A stretch of DNA of 64,000 nt. Source: an uncultured virus (IMG/VR IMGVR_UViG_3300028601_000024). Taxonomy: Duplodnaviria > Heunggongvirae > Uroviricota > Caudoviricetes. A program made the position numbers and the translations under genes. This document shows positions 10,335-19,311 of the stretch, in pieces (position 1 is the first letter of the stretch; each line of letters opens with the position of its first letter). The stretch lies in the IMG/VR virus record IMGVR_UViG_3300028601_000024; one strand, given 5' to 3'. The notes below the pieces were generated by a model. It was not told the origin of the DNA and made no database searches. It worked only from the letters and a program-made list of their open reading frames with translations.

Positions 10335-11333
10335 TCAATTCTCTTGAAGTTTTTTATAATAGATAAATCCTTTTTTTGAATGGTTTCTAAGTAACGCTTT
10401 ATAATCAGCAATATTGTGTAATTCATTGACAAGATTTTTTCCTATTTTAAATGGTTGAAAACCCTTTAAAACTGCAAGTGAATAGAGCCGGACGCCGCGT
10501 TTTGAGACTATAAAACACGCTACTCCGACTATTTCATTAAAATTTGTTTTAGCTACAAAAAATTTATGACTATTTTTTCTTAAGGCTCTTTTATAAAAAT
10601 CAATGGTTGATTGAAAATATTTACCATTTTTAAACATAGCTTTCTCGACATTAAATATCTGTTCTAAGTCTTTTTCATTGGTTGCGTACTCATATTTTAT
10701 CGTGGTTTGAGATATGGTATATTCCTTGCATTCTGTAAGTAGTTTTATTTCATTAAAAGGAATATAAGGAGTTTTATCTAAATCTAATGGAATAATTACC
10801 TTTTTAGAATGAAATTTTTTCAAAAGAGGAGTTTCTATCTTATCAATTGTTTTTTGAATGAAATCCTCTTCATCTTTGTTATAGAAAGCATATTCAATTT
10901 GTTGCGCAATTTGATGCGCATGAGCATAATCAAAATCTTTTAAAAATTTGAGTAGATTTTTTTCAATATATTCATGAATAACTATAAGTTTAAATTGAAA
11001 TTCATTAAAACTAGATAAACTATCTTTATCCACATATAAAATATTACAAGAATCAGAATATCCACCTATGTAGGGGACTGTCTTTGTACAGTCGATATAG
11101 TAACATGAAATAATATTGTTATAAATACTTTCAACATCTTCAATTTTTTTGTGTTTATATCCATAATCGATTGTTTTTTTAAAAAGAATATTTATAAGAA
11201 TATCAGCTATGTTACTATTTATATCAGAAAAAACTTTCCTAAAAAAATCTTTGTTAAACCTTTTTTTAAGTAAGTCAATACTTTGTGTAAATATTTTTTT
11301 ATCATTATGTGTGACGCGTGATTTTTTTATCAT
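10335..11333 (-). CDS. Fusion of an HE..E/HxH metal-binding domain and a C-terminal GNAT acetyltransferase (C-terminus may be truncated)
   Basis: IVIHEYIE...YAHAH; EIVG...RLYSLAVLKGFQPFKIGKNLV acetyl-CoA motif A. Confidence 0.55.
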   Translation of the reverse strand: MIKKSRVTHNDKKIFTQSIDLLKKRFNKDFFRKVFSDINSNIADILINILFKKTIDYGYKHKKIEDVESIYNNIISCYYIDCTKTVPYIGGYSDSCNILYVDKDSLSSFNEFQFKLIVIHEYIEKNLLKFLKDFDYAHAHQIAQQIEYAFYNKDEEDFIQKTIDKIETPLLKKFHSKKVIIPLDLDKTPYIPFNEIKLLTECKEYTISQTTIKYEYATNEKDLEQIFNVEKAMFKNGKYFQSTIDFYKRALRKNSHKFFVAKTNFNEIVGVACFIVSKRGVRLYSLAVLKGFQPFKIGKNLVNELHNIADYKALLRNHSKKGFIYYKKLQEN

Positions 11334-11500
11334 TATGATTATCCATTATTTGATTATTCAATATTTGTTTGAAAAATCAAATAATAAGAGTTAAAAGTAC
11401 AAATACATGAAAAAGCTATTTGAAGATATTAATAAACTTATTAACTTTAGAGATTTTTAGGTCTTTTTAAAATATTTGAAAAATACTTTAAAGAAAACTA

Positions 11501-11576
11501 TGGCTCTGGATATAGGGTTCGAACCTATGACCATTCGGTTAACAGCCGAGTGCTCTACCAACTGAGCTAATCCAGA
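11501..11576 (-). tRNA. tRNA-Asn(GTT)
   Basis: Cloverleaf, CTGTTAA anticodon loop, GTTCGAA T-loop, encoded CCA. Confidence 0.95.
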
Positions 11577-11610
11577 ATAAAATTTATTATATTATCCATA
11601 AATACTTTAA

Positions 11611-11696
11611 TGGTGCGAATGGACGGACTTGAACCGTCACGCTTAAAAAGCGAGGGATTTTAAGTCCCTTGTGTCTACCGATTTCACCACACTCGC
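11611..11696 (-). tRNA. tRNA-Leu(TAA)
   Basis: CTTAAAA loop, long variable arm, CCA. Confidence 0.95.
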
Positions 11697-11706
11697 ATAT
11701 TGTTTC

Positions 11707-11933
11707 AAAATTAGACGTGTTGTTACACCAAATCGTCGGGTTAGTTTTTTAAAAACTATGTCATGCCCAAGTTATTTCTCAGGTTCTTACTGACTCAATC
11801 TATCGATTACCCATCCCAAATAACAATAGATATCGATTATCTTTTATCGTTATAAGTCTACTTCGTAGCATTAGATGGATAGATGAACGAACTCTTTAAA
11901 AGATGGCTACTTCTAAGCCTACTTACTAATTTT
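11707..11933 (-). ncRNA. Structured RNA resembling the 23S rRNA L11-binding domain (H42-H44) with a ~150-nt insertion
   Basis: AUUAGUAAGUAGGCUUAGAAGUAGCCAUCUUUUAAAGAGU...GGUGUAACAACACGUCUAAU compared with rRNA GCCAGGAUGUUGGCUUAGAAGCAGCCAUCAUUUAAAGAAAGCGUAAUAGCUCACUGGU; closing stem AAAAUUAG/CUAAUUUU. Confidence 0.75.
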
Positions 11934-11959
11934 GTTTTAAAACTATTAGGAGACTACCA

Positions 11960-12035
11960 TGGCTCCAGATACTGGGCTCGAACCAGTGACCCAATGATTA
12001 ACAGTCATTTGCTCTACCAACTGAGCTAATCCGGA
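11960..12035 (-). tRNA. tRNA-Asn(GTT), second copy
   Basis: Cloverleaf, CTGTTAA loop, CCA. Confidence 0.95.
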
Positions 12036-12040
12036 ATAAA

Positions 12041-12115
12041 TGGTGACTCTGAGGAGAATCGAACTCCTGTACTACGGATGAAAACCGTATATCCTGACCG
12101 CTAGACGACAGAGCC
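12041..12115 (-). tRNA. tRNA-Glu(TTC)
   Basis: TACGG-TTTTCAT-CCGTA anticodon arm, CCA. Confidence 0.93.
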
Positions 12116-12126
12116 TTATTTTAATA

Positions 12127-12216
12127 TGGTGGACAAGGAGGGATTCGAACCCTCGGAACCCTTACGAATTCGCATCCTTAGCAGGGATGTGATTTAAACC
12201 ACTCATCCACTTGTCC
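12127..12216 (-). tRNA. tRNA-Ser(GCT)
   Basis: CATCC-CTGCTAA-GGATG arm, long variable arm, CCA. Confidence 0.93.
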
Positions 12217-12377
12217 ACTTATCCATACACCCATGGTGTATGGATGTATGATGAAGAATTGAACTTCCGAACATTTCGTTATCATCAAACGAAAAGATCA
12301 AATAAATTGATAAGATTACTAAATAGCTGTTTAGTAATCTTGTTATCATGTTTTCATGTTTTTTTGAAACATGATAA

Positions 12378-12550
12378 CAATTGCGAAGAGGCTCGTTCAA
12401 CTGCACATCATCCTAATAAGTCATATGAACTTATTAAAAACCATAGGAAATTTAAAGATTCCAATCTTCGACGCTACTCGGACTTCAGCTACCACCTGAA
12501 GCAAATTACACACTAAAAACAACTTTAACTTTAAGGAGCCGCAACTATTG
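12378..12550 (-). ncRNA. Candidate structured ncRNA of unknown class
   Basis: Ends pair (TTGCG-GCTC / GAGC-CGCAA); internal hairpins CTTCAG/CTGAAG, GGAA/TTCC, TAATAAGT/ACTTATTA; lies inside the tRNA cluster. Confidence 0.5.
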
Positions 12551-12555
12551 TCACA

Positions 12556-12635
12556 TGAACTCGGATACTGGATTCGAACCAGTGACCTCCTGATTAAAAA
12601 TCAAGTGCTCTTCCATCTGACTGAGCTAATCCGAG
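12556..12635 (-). tRNA. tRNA-Lys(TTT), atypical (enlarged D-loop, TCA in place of CCA)
   Basis: CTCGGAT/ATCCGAG acceptor stem, CTTGA-TTTTTAA-TCAGG arm, GTTCGAA T-loop. Confidence 0.75.
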
Positions 12636-12640
12636 ATATT

Positions 12641-12716
12641 TGGTGGGTTGAGCAGGGTTTGAACCTACGACCACTCCGTTATGAGCGGAGGGCTCTACCA
12701 GCTGAGCTATCAACCC
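12641..12716 (-). tRNA. tRNA with CAT anticodon (Ile2 or elongator Met)
   Basis: CTCCG-CTCATAA-CGGAG arm, GGG start, CCA. Confidence 0.9.
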
Positions 12717-12795
12717 ATATATTGGAACATATATGCTCCAATATATCTTTCTATGACCGATCAAAGTAATAGATATAATAATATATATTTCAATT

Positions 12796-12993
12796 TATTC
12801 AGCTAGGGCTATTCTCCCTAAGACGATTAGCATTTTTACAGAAGGGGGAATTAAATAATTTATTATTTAATTTGGATTATCGAAAATCCTCCTCGACTAA
12901 GCCTATTAGACTGTCGTTTGTTACACTCTGTTAATTCAGATCCCAAAACCTATCTAATCATATCATTACGCGTCTCTCTTCCGCCACTGAATA
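12796..12993 (-). ncRNA. ~200-nt tRNA-like RNA with an expanded central domain
   Basis: TATTCAG/CTGAATA acceptor-like stem, GTGGCGGAA..AGACGC D-arm, TAGGG-AGAATAG-CCCTA T-arm-like hairpin. Confidence 0.6.
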
Positions 12994-13001
12994 TAATTTA
13001 A

Positions 13002-13283
13002 TTAAGCACCAATTGTTTTACCAGATTTGCTTAATGTGAATTTTAATTTTTTACGTTCTGGCTTAGCTGGAATATCATATGTTCCTCCAGTTAACGGATT
13101 TTTTACACCTGTGCGAGCTGGAGTTGCTTTAACTTTAGCCATTTCAAATGTACCAATTTTACCAATAACTACTTTATCATTAGTTGTAATAATTTCTACA
13201 AGTGCCTCAATAATTTCTCTAGATTTATCTTGTGTAATTTCAACTTTACCTGCTAATGCAGTATATAACTCTTTTTCAGTCAT
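13002..13283 (-). CDS. hup: HU/IHF-family DNA-binding protein
   Basis: VVIGKIGTF...PARTGVKNPLTG...IPA...KFT signature. Confidence 0.9.
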   Translation of the reverse strand: MTEKELYTALAGKVEITQDKSREIIEALVEIITTNDKVVIGKIGTFEMAKVKATPARTGVKNPLTGGTYDIPAKPERKKLKFTLSKSGKTIGA

Positions 13284-13400
13284 ATTATTCCTTTAATTTA
13301 ATTTTCTATCTTTGTATTTGGAATATGTTCAACCGTTATCTTTTTTAATACTCCAATTGATACTTCATCTCGTAAATAAGGTGGATTCTTCTTCCATAGC

Positions 13401-14521
13401 CTAGCTGGCTATTTGTAGAGAAGCATTAGAGCCGTGTATCCCACGGTCTCGTATGTTTTTAGAGGCATTGATATCAGCGTTATCTCTATGCCCACAAGCC
13501 GTACATACAAACTTACTTTGCGATTGTCTATTCTCTTTAGAAGTATGACCACATTCATTACAAATTTGAGAAGTGAATTGTGGATTAACTTTAATGAGTT
13601 CTCCACCGTTCTCTTTGAGTTTGTGTTCCAGCAACATAAAGAACATTCCCCAACTTTGTTGAGTGATGGAACGATTTAAGCCTCGTTTTTGAGCAACATT
13701 TTTACCAGGTTTTTCTTCTGTTCCTTTTGCAGATTTTGTCATATTCTTAATTTTCAAATCTTCCACTACAACAGCTTGGTTCTCACTGTATTGCTTTGAA
13801 AGTTTGTGTAAAAAATCTTTTCTCATATTTGCAATACGAAGATTTTGTTTAGCTATTTTGACTTTCGCCTTAGCACGATTATTTGAGCCTTTTTTCTTTC
13901 GGCTTAACTGTTGAGCATATTTTCTAAGTTTTGATAGCTCATGGAGCAATTCAAGAGGTTTTACACTATTGCCATTACTATCAGCAACAATAAGTGAAAC
14001 ACCTACGTCAATGCCAACGAATTTGCCATTCAGATTCGGCTCTATTGTTTTTACACCACTATCAAACAAGATACTTGCGTGGTATTGATAAGCTTTAAAA
14101 CTTACAGTAACCGTTTTAATTTTCCCTCTTATATCAGTTCTAAGACCTTTACATTTTACCCAACCAACTTTTGGTAGGTAAACCTTATTATTTTCAATTT
14201 TAACCCTTTGTGGGTATTGAAATGATTGTCTTGAATGATGTCTGCTTTTAAATTTTGGAAATCCTGCACCTTTAAAAAAGTGTTGATATGCCTTATCCAT
14301 ATTTGCAACTGCTTGTTGCAAAGCTTGACTATCTGCATTTTTCAACCATGATGTATTATCACGATTTCTTAACTTAGTAATATGCTTTATTAAGTCAAAC
14401 TTACTAACATTCTTACCAAACTTTTTATAAGCAAAAATTCGTAAAGCAAGAGCCCTATTATAAACATATCGTACAGCACCTATTTGAGATGCAATGATTT
14501 GTCTTTGCACTGCATTTGGAT
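13401..14521 (-). pseudogene. tnpB: TnpB of the outer IS605; its first ~9 codons lie at 16300-16324
   Basis: RuvC GIDVG/VEDL/NADINA and zinc finger intact; LKAIKVRL-Y-PNAVQRQ is rebuilt by excising the inner IS. Confidence 0.9.
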
Positions 14522-14565
14522 TTGATACTCCACCCCATAAATGAGGTGGATTCTTCTTCCATAGC

Positions 14566-15738
14566 TTAACTAGCTATTTGATGAGAAGCATTATTGCCGT
14601 GTATCCCACGGTCAAGTATGTTTAAGGCTCCCACAACATCTGCATTGTTTGTGTATGAGCATTTTTTACATACGAATTTAGATTGAGTTAATCTATTCTC
14701 TTTAGATACATATTTGCATATAGGGCAAGTTTGTGATGTGTGTTGTGGATTAACTTTTATGAGTTCTCCACCTCTTTGTTTTAGCTTGTAATCAAGCATA
14801 TCAAAGAACATACCCCAGCTTGATTGAGTTATTACACGATTTAAACCTGATTTTGCTTTAACATTCTTACCATGTTTTTCAATAGTACCTTTTGCACTTT
14901 TTGACATATTCTTGATTTTTAAATCTTCAATTACGATAGTTTGGTTTTCACTGTACTTAGTTGAGAGTTTATGTAAAAAGTCTTTTCGTTTATTAGCAAT
15001 TAGAAGATGAATCTTTGCTAGTTTCTCTTTAGCTTTGATTCTGTTTTTACTACCTTTTTTCTTGTTGCTTAACTGTTTAGCTCTTAGTTCCAGCTTATGA
15101 AGTTCTCTTTTTAGCTCAAGAGGTTTAACTTTGTTTCCGTTGCTATCAGCTACTATAAGCTTAACCCCAACATCTAAAGCTAAAGATTGTCCGTTGTGGT
15201 TATTTGCAATAGTTGATACACCATCATCAATAAGTAAACTAGCATGGTGCTGATATGCCTCAACTGATACAGTTACAGTTTTTATCTTACCTTTAAATTC
15301 ATCTCTAAACCCCTTACACTTAACCCAGCCAACTTTAGGTAAAAATACCTTTTTATTATCCTCGCTAAGTTTAACTCTTTGAGGATATTGATATGATTGT
15401 CTTGGTTGGTGTTTAGATTTGAATTTTGGAAAACCAACTGCACTTCCCTCTTTAACTCTTCTAAAGAAGTTCTTATAAGCTAAATCCATGTTAGATATTG
15501 ACTGTTGCAGAGCTTGTGAATCAACATCTTTAAGCCATGAGGTCTTATTTCTTTGTTTTAGCTTGGTAGCGTGTTTGATTAAATCAAATTTACCAAAACT
15601 TTTACCAAACTTCTTATAAGCATTTATCCTAAGTGCCAACATACGATTATATATGTATCTACAACTACCTATTTGAGTAGCTATGATATGTTTTTGCTGT
15701 TCGTTTGGATATAAGCGTATCTTACAAGCTTTTAACAT
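14566..15738 (-). CDS. tnpB: RNA-guided endonuclease TnpB
   Basis: N-terminal KIRLYP, RuvC ALDVG/IEDL/NADV, CxxC..CxxC. Confidence 0.95.
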   Translation of the reverse strand: MLKACKIRLYPNEQQKHIIATQIGSCRYIYNRMLALRINAYKKFGKSFGKFDLIKHATKLKQRNKTSWLKDVDSQALQQSISNMDLAYKNFFRRVKEGSAVGFPKFKSKHQPRQSYQYPQRVKLSEDNKKVFLPKVGWVKCKGFRDEFKGKIKTVTVSVEAYQHHASLLIDDGVSTIANNHNGQSLALDVGVKLIVADSNGNKVKPLELKRELHKLELRAKQLSNKKKGSKNRIKAKEKLAKIHLLIANKRKDFLHKLSTKYSENQTIVIEDLKIKNMSKSAKGTIEKHGKNVKAKSGLNRVITQSSWGMFFDMLDYKLKQRGGELIKVNPQHTSQTCPICKYVSKENRLTQSKFVCKKCSYTNNADVVGALNILDRGIHGNNASHQIAS

Positions 15739-15828
15739 TTAGCTACTCCTTTAAATATGGTGTGTATCTTGTTATTATACTTATTATATGGTAATATGTC
15801 AATATATTGTTAAAAGGTATGTATATCT

Positions 15829-16236
15829 ATGGAGATACAAAAAAATCGACACGCAACTCATTTACTCTATGCTCATTTGGTATTTGTAACAAAGTACAGA
15901 TACAACACTTTAACTAAAGAACATATAGATTATTTAAGGGTTTTATTTAAAGAAACTATTGAAGAGATGGGAGGAACATTAGAAGAGTTTGATGGAGAGA
16001 GAAACCATGTCCACTTACTTATACAATATCCGCCAAAACACTCTATATCTGTAATTGTAAACAACCTAAAAGGTAGAAGCAGTCGTTTGCTTAGAAAAAA
16101 GTACCCTGATGTTAAAGAGAGGTATTGGGGCAATGGTTCTGCATTATGGCATAGAAGCTACTTTGCAGGCTCAGTTGGTGGTGCTCCGCTTGAAATTGTG
16201 AAACAGTATATCCAACAACAAGATACACCACATTAA
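15829..16236 (+). CDS. tnpA: IS200/IS605 Y1 (HUH) transposase
   Basis: HLVFVTKYR, HVH, KGRSSR, YIQQQ. Confidence 0.97.
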   Translation: MEIQKNRHATHLLYAHLVFVTKYRYNTLTKEHIDYLRVLFKETIEEMGGTLEEFDGERNHVHLLIQYPPKHSISVIVNNLKGRSSRLLRKKYPDVKERYWGNGSALWHRSYFAGSVGGAPLEIVKQYIQQQDTPH

Positions 16237-16409
16237 AAGCTAAAGCTTTTCAACCTTATATCCACTCCCTAAAGAGAAGTGGTTTTACGGTTGAGTTTGA
16301 TAAACGAACTTTTATAGCTTTCAAAGCATCTCCTTTAAAATATGGTATATCTTGTTATTATACATATTTTATGTTAATATGTCATGATTAAATTAATATG
16401 ACACAAAAG

Positions 16410-16488
16410 TTATTTTGTGGGAAGTGTTGGAGATGCTCCTCTTGAAATTATCAAACAATATATTTAGCAGCAAGACACTCCACATTAA
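16410..16488 (+). pseudogene. tnpA: 3' remnant of the outer element's tnpA
   Basis: Reads YFVGSVGDAPLEIIKQYI*QQDTPH*, compared with YFAGSVGGAPLEIVKQYIQQQDTPH* in the intact copy. Confidence 0.85.
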
Positions 16489-17005
16489 AAAGAGAACACT
16501 TATAATCACCCTTTAAAAGAGGTGGTTTTTCGCTAAGTTTTGATAATTTTAAACCCTTTTCGTCATTAATTTCTTTACATAGCATTATTAAACAATTATA
16601 ATCAACGATAGATTGATGTTCCAATTCTTGTACTTTGCTCACAATCTCATTAATATTAGTTAAGTGAATATTTACAATAGATTCATCTAATACAATTTGA
16701 ATCTTATCTTGTAAATTATAGTCACTACAATATGTAATGATTTTATGATAATGCTCCAATTCTTCTTTAGCATGTTCAATTAATTCGTCGACTATTGGTT
16801 TAACACCTAACCCGACTGCACTATTTGCACAATTAATATAAAATATATACGCACTTATTTCATCGCGAATAACTTTATTTAATAATTCAATCAATTTATC
16901 CATTAATTCTCCTTTTGTACTAATTAGTTAATTATTATTAATATATTAAGGTGATTAATGAATAATGTTTATTTCTATATTAATTAAAACTATCACTAAT
17001 GATAA

Positions 17006-17446
17006 TTACCAAGAAGTAAATTGTGCGGTTTGTTGAATACTAGGTACTTCTTGTTGAGGCGAAGCTTGTTGAGAAGATTGATTAGTAGTATTTGATGATA
17101 CTCTCGATTCTTTTACTTCAGTTTTATATTCTTCTTTTAACATATAATTTCTATATGTGTCTGTTTCACTAAATAGTTTAATACCTAGATTAACAATTGT
17201 TTCTGCAAATACTTCACCTGCTTCTTTGATAATTCTCATACTATGTTTATCTAAAACAACTGCTACTTTTTGTAAATCATTAGTATCCTGTGTTTGTGCA
17301 ACATGTTGAGGATGCATAGGCTGCATGGGCTGTTGAGGTTGATAAGTCTGTTGAGGTTGATAAGGTTGATAATTCTGCATAGGTTGTTGAGGTTGTTGAT
17401 AATTCTGCTGATATTGCCCATCTGTTATTCTTCTGTCATTTTCCAT
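17006..17446 (-). CDS. Gln/Pro-rich protein with a possible ribbon-helix-helix core (ParR-like adaptor?)
   Basis: Low-complexity termini around KVAVVLD-helix-helix; downstream of the ParM-like gene. Confidence 0.4.
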   Translation of the reverse strand: MENDRRITDGQYQQNYQQPQQPMQNYQPYQPQQTYQPQQPMQPMHPQHVAQTQDTNDLQKVAVVLDKHSMRIIKEAGEVFAETIVNLGIKLFSETDTYRNYMLKEEYKTEVKESRVSSNTTNQSSQQASPQQEVPSIQQTAQFTSW

Positions 17447-17540
17447 TATTATTCCTTTATAATTGATTTTATTGTGTCATATATCATCATCTGTGCTTAA
17501 TTGATTTTCAAATGCTAATTCTCTAGCTTTTCTAAATATT

Positions 17541-17915
17541 CTATGCGACATCTTGTTCCCTTATTTCCCAAGTAATTATACGTGATACTTTAGGTGATAT
17601 ATTATCAGTTGCATATGCTTTTAAAATAAATTCAGGGTTATTAAATTCTCGATAAAGCACACAATCTGCTCGAATCTCAGTGGAGGATTTATTGTCAATT
17701 ATTTCAAAATTAGTTAAATATCCAACTGCTTCTAAAAGTGATTTATCTTTTAAAATCGGAGTCCAATTATGAATAAATAATTGATCGCGCTCACCATATA
17801 ATGGACTACTTGCGATCATTTTCATAATATTTTCTTTATCACCTAGTTCCCAATATTTTCCATCTTTAGCTATTCCGTTATAGAATCCTAGTGTAATATT
17901 AGATAATAATGTCAT
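17541..17915 (-). CDS. Hypothetical protein
   Basis: ORF translationally coupled to the ParM-like gene. Confidence 0.6.
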   Translation of the reverse strand: MTLLSNITLGFYNGIAKDGKYWELGDKENIMKMIASSPLYGERDQLFIHNWTPILKDKSLLEAVGYLTNFEIIDNKSSTEIRADCVLYREFNNPEFILKAYATDNISPKVSRIITWEIREQDVA

Positions 17916-18832
17916 TATTGTACCAACATATATCCACTAACATTTGCAAACTCATCAGGCATTCGACCCGCATCGCTACTCCAACAAGTATTTGGTGGCA
18001 TAGGTGTATTTTTTAAGAAATAACTTCCTCCTCCTGTTATAAGTACTTTATCGCTTAGTTGTAAAAGTTTATTCTCACTCACTAATACACTTTGCATTAA
18101 TTTAGTTTTAAATTTATTTTTTAAATCTTCAATCATTGCAGGAATCTGTTCTTGAACGGTTCCACCAAAGCTAAAATGCCCATCCATGAATATTTTTAAA
18201 GCTTCTTGTTCGCTAAAATTAATTCCATATGTACTTTCCAACATACTTGTAAATGTTTTAATAATACTTACAACCCCATGACCAGGAAAGCCTTTCATAC
18301 GATTTTGCTGAGCAACACCTTTTTCATAATATAGAAAATTAATAGTTCTGTATCCAATATCGATTACGCTCATTTTATTAGGTAGTTTATCAAATAATGC
18401 ATTATCAGAAATATATGAATTATATGCGCCGCTCCCTTGTGGTCCTACTACCTTAGCCCCTGTTGTAATTATTTGATCATCAACTTTAATAATGTTGATG
18501 CGTTGTTGAAATTCTTCTCTTTTACTCCAATCGGTTAAAGCTAATCCTGTTTTAACAGTCATTGGTCCTGCAATGTTTAATTTCTTAATAATATGATAAA
18601 TTATCAAAGGTGCAAATTTAAAAAGAAATTTATAATCAGTTGTGGTAAATGCCTCATCGCTTGCAGACTCACCTACATAGTATTTTTCCCCTTCAAAATC
18701 ATAAACATTATTCTCACCATATTCGATTCCCATATCATTAGCAAAACTAATGCTAGTTGGGACTTTATAAAATTCATTATTAAATTTTATCTTAGTACTG
18801 CTATAACCTATATCAATTCCTAGTGTTACCAT
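17915..18832 (-). CDS. ParM/StbA-family actin-like ATPase
   Basis: GIDIGYSSTK (phosphate 1), PQG, VIDIGYRT (phosphate 2), ITGGGS (adenosine), ANVSGY. Confidence 0.88.
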   Translation of the reverse strand: MVTLGIDIGYSSTKIKFNNEFYKVPTSISFANDMGIEYGENNVYDFEGEKYYVGESASDEAFTTTDYKFLFKFAPLIIYHIIKKLNIAGPMTVKTGLALTDWSKREEFQQRINIIKVDDQIITTGAKVVGPQGSGAYNSYISDNALFDKLPNKMSVIDIGYRTINFLYYEKGVAQQNRMKGFPGHGVVSIIKTFTSMLESTYGINFSEQEALKIFMDGHFSFGGTVQEQIPAMIEDLKNKFKTKLMQSVLVSENKLLQLSDKVLITGGGSYFLKNTPMPPNTCWSSDAGRMPDEFANVSGYMLVQ

Positions 18833-19311
18833 TACATTTCCTTATTTAGTTTTTTAAATTTAATGTATAATTTATTAGTTGAATAACTATTAAATATATT
18901 TCGAAGCTGTTCTTCTGTTAAATAATCATCATCTCTTATATTTGAAAATATATCATTTATAATATTTTCAAACAGTGTTATTTGTATTGGTTCAAGAAAT
19001 GAATTATATAATCGATCAATTAGAACCACTTTTGCTCTATTGATCTCCAATGAATCTAGACTGTCATAATCCATATTAATAAACATTGACTGCATATCCA
19101 TAAAATAGTCAATTAATATTGTTTCATATTTTAATAGATAGTATTTTCCATACAATTTAGTAAAATTTGTAATTATATTATTACTAATAGGTTCATATTT
19201 ATCCTGTTGATCATTTAATTTATAATACAGGATATACATTAAAGTATAATAATAATATAATAAATAGTGTATTTGATGTGTTATATTCATTTTTTCTTTT
19301 TCCTTTCCCAA
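18832..19311 (-). CDS. Hypothetical protein
   Basis: ORF coupled between the helicase and the ParM-like gene. Confidence 0.55.
   Translation of the reverse strand: MGKEKEKMNITHQIHYLLYYYYTLMYILYYKLNDQQDKYEPISNNIITNFTKLYGKYYLLKYETILIDYFMDMQSMFINMDYDSLDSLEINRAKVVLIDRLYNSFLEPIQITLFENIINDIFSNIRDDDYLTEEQLRNIFNSYSTNKLYIKFKKLNKEM

Larger units (their letters stand above)
14522..16299 (-). mobile_element. Inner complete IS605-family element (tnpA + tnpB)
   Basis: Left end CAAACTC..CCACTTCTCTTTAGGGAGTGG after target TTTAT (16300-04); right end TCCACC..GGTGGA hairpin plus TCAA; no target duplication. Confidence 0.92.
13357..16542 (-). mobile_element. Outer (older) IS605-family element
   Basis: Left end CAAAAC..CCACCTCTTTTAAAGGGTG after target ATTAT (16543-47); right end hairpin ending TCAA at 13357; tnpB split by the inner IS; tnpA reduced to a 3' remnant. 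Confidence 0.85.
13297..16903 (-). pseudogene. Ferritin/bacterioferritin-like gene interrupted by IS605
   Basis: DEISAY...EELEH...ELEHQSIVDY motifs in 16543-16903; removing 13357..16542 gives the in-frame ...DEKGLKL|FGVLKKITVEHIPNTKIEN*. Confidence 0.75.

Noticed and set aside
11707..11933. Host 23S rRNA gene fragment or contamination
   Set aside because: Only the H42-H44 core matches, it is interrupted by a structured insert, and it is embedded between phage tRNAs
12241..12300. tRNA or tmRNA 3' end (T-arm-like GGAAG-TTCAATT-CTTC plus CCA on the minus strand)
   Set aside because: No convincing matching 5' acceptor strand, D-arm or tag reading frame found
13357..16542. IStron (group I intron-IS hybrid)
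   Set aside because: No group I intron core visible at the left ends; the element length is accounted for by IS605 parts
16451..16542. C-terminus of the 150-aa ORF 16451..16903
   Set aside because: It is read-through into the IS left end; the true C-terminus lies at 13297-13356
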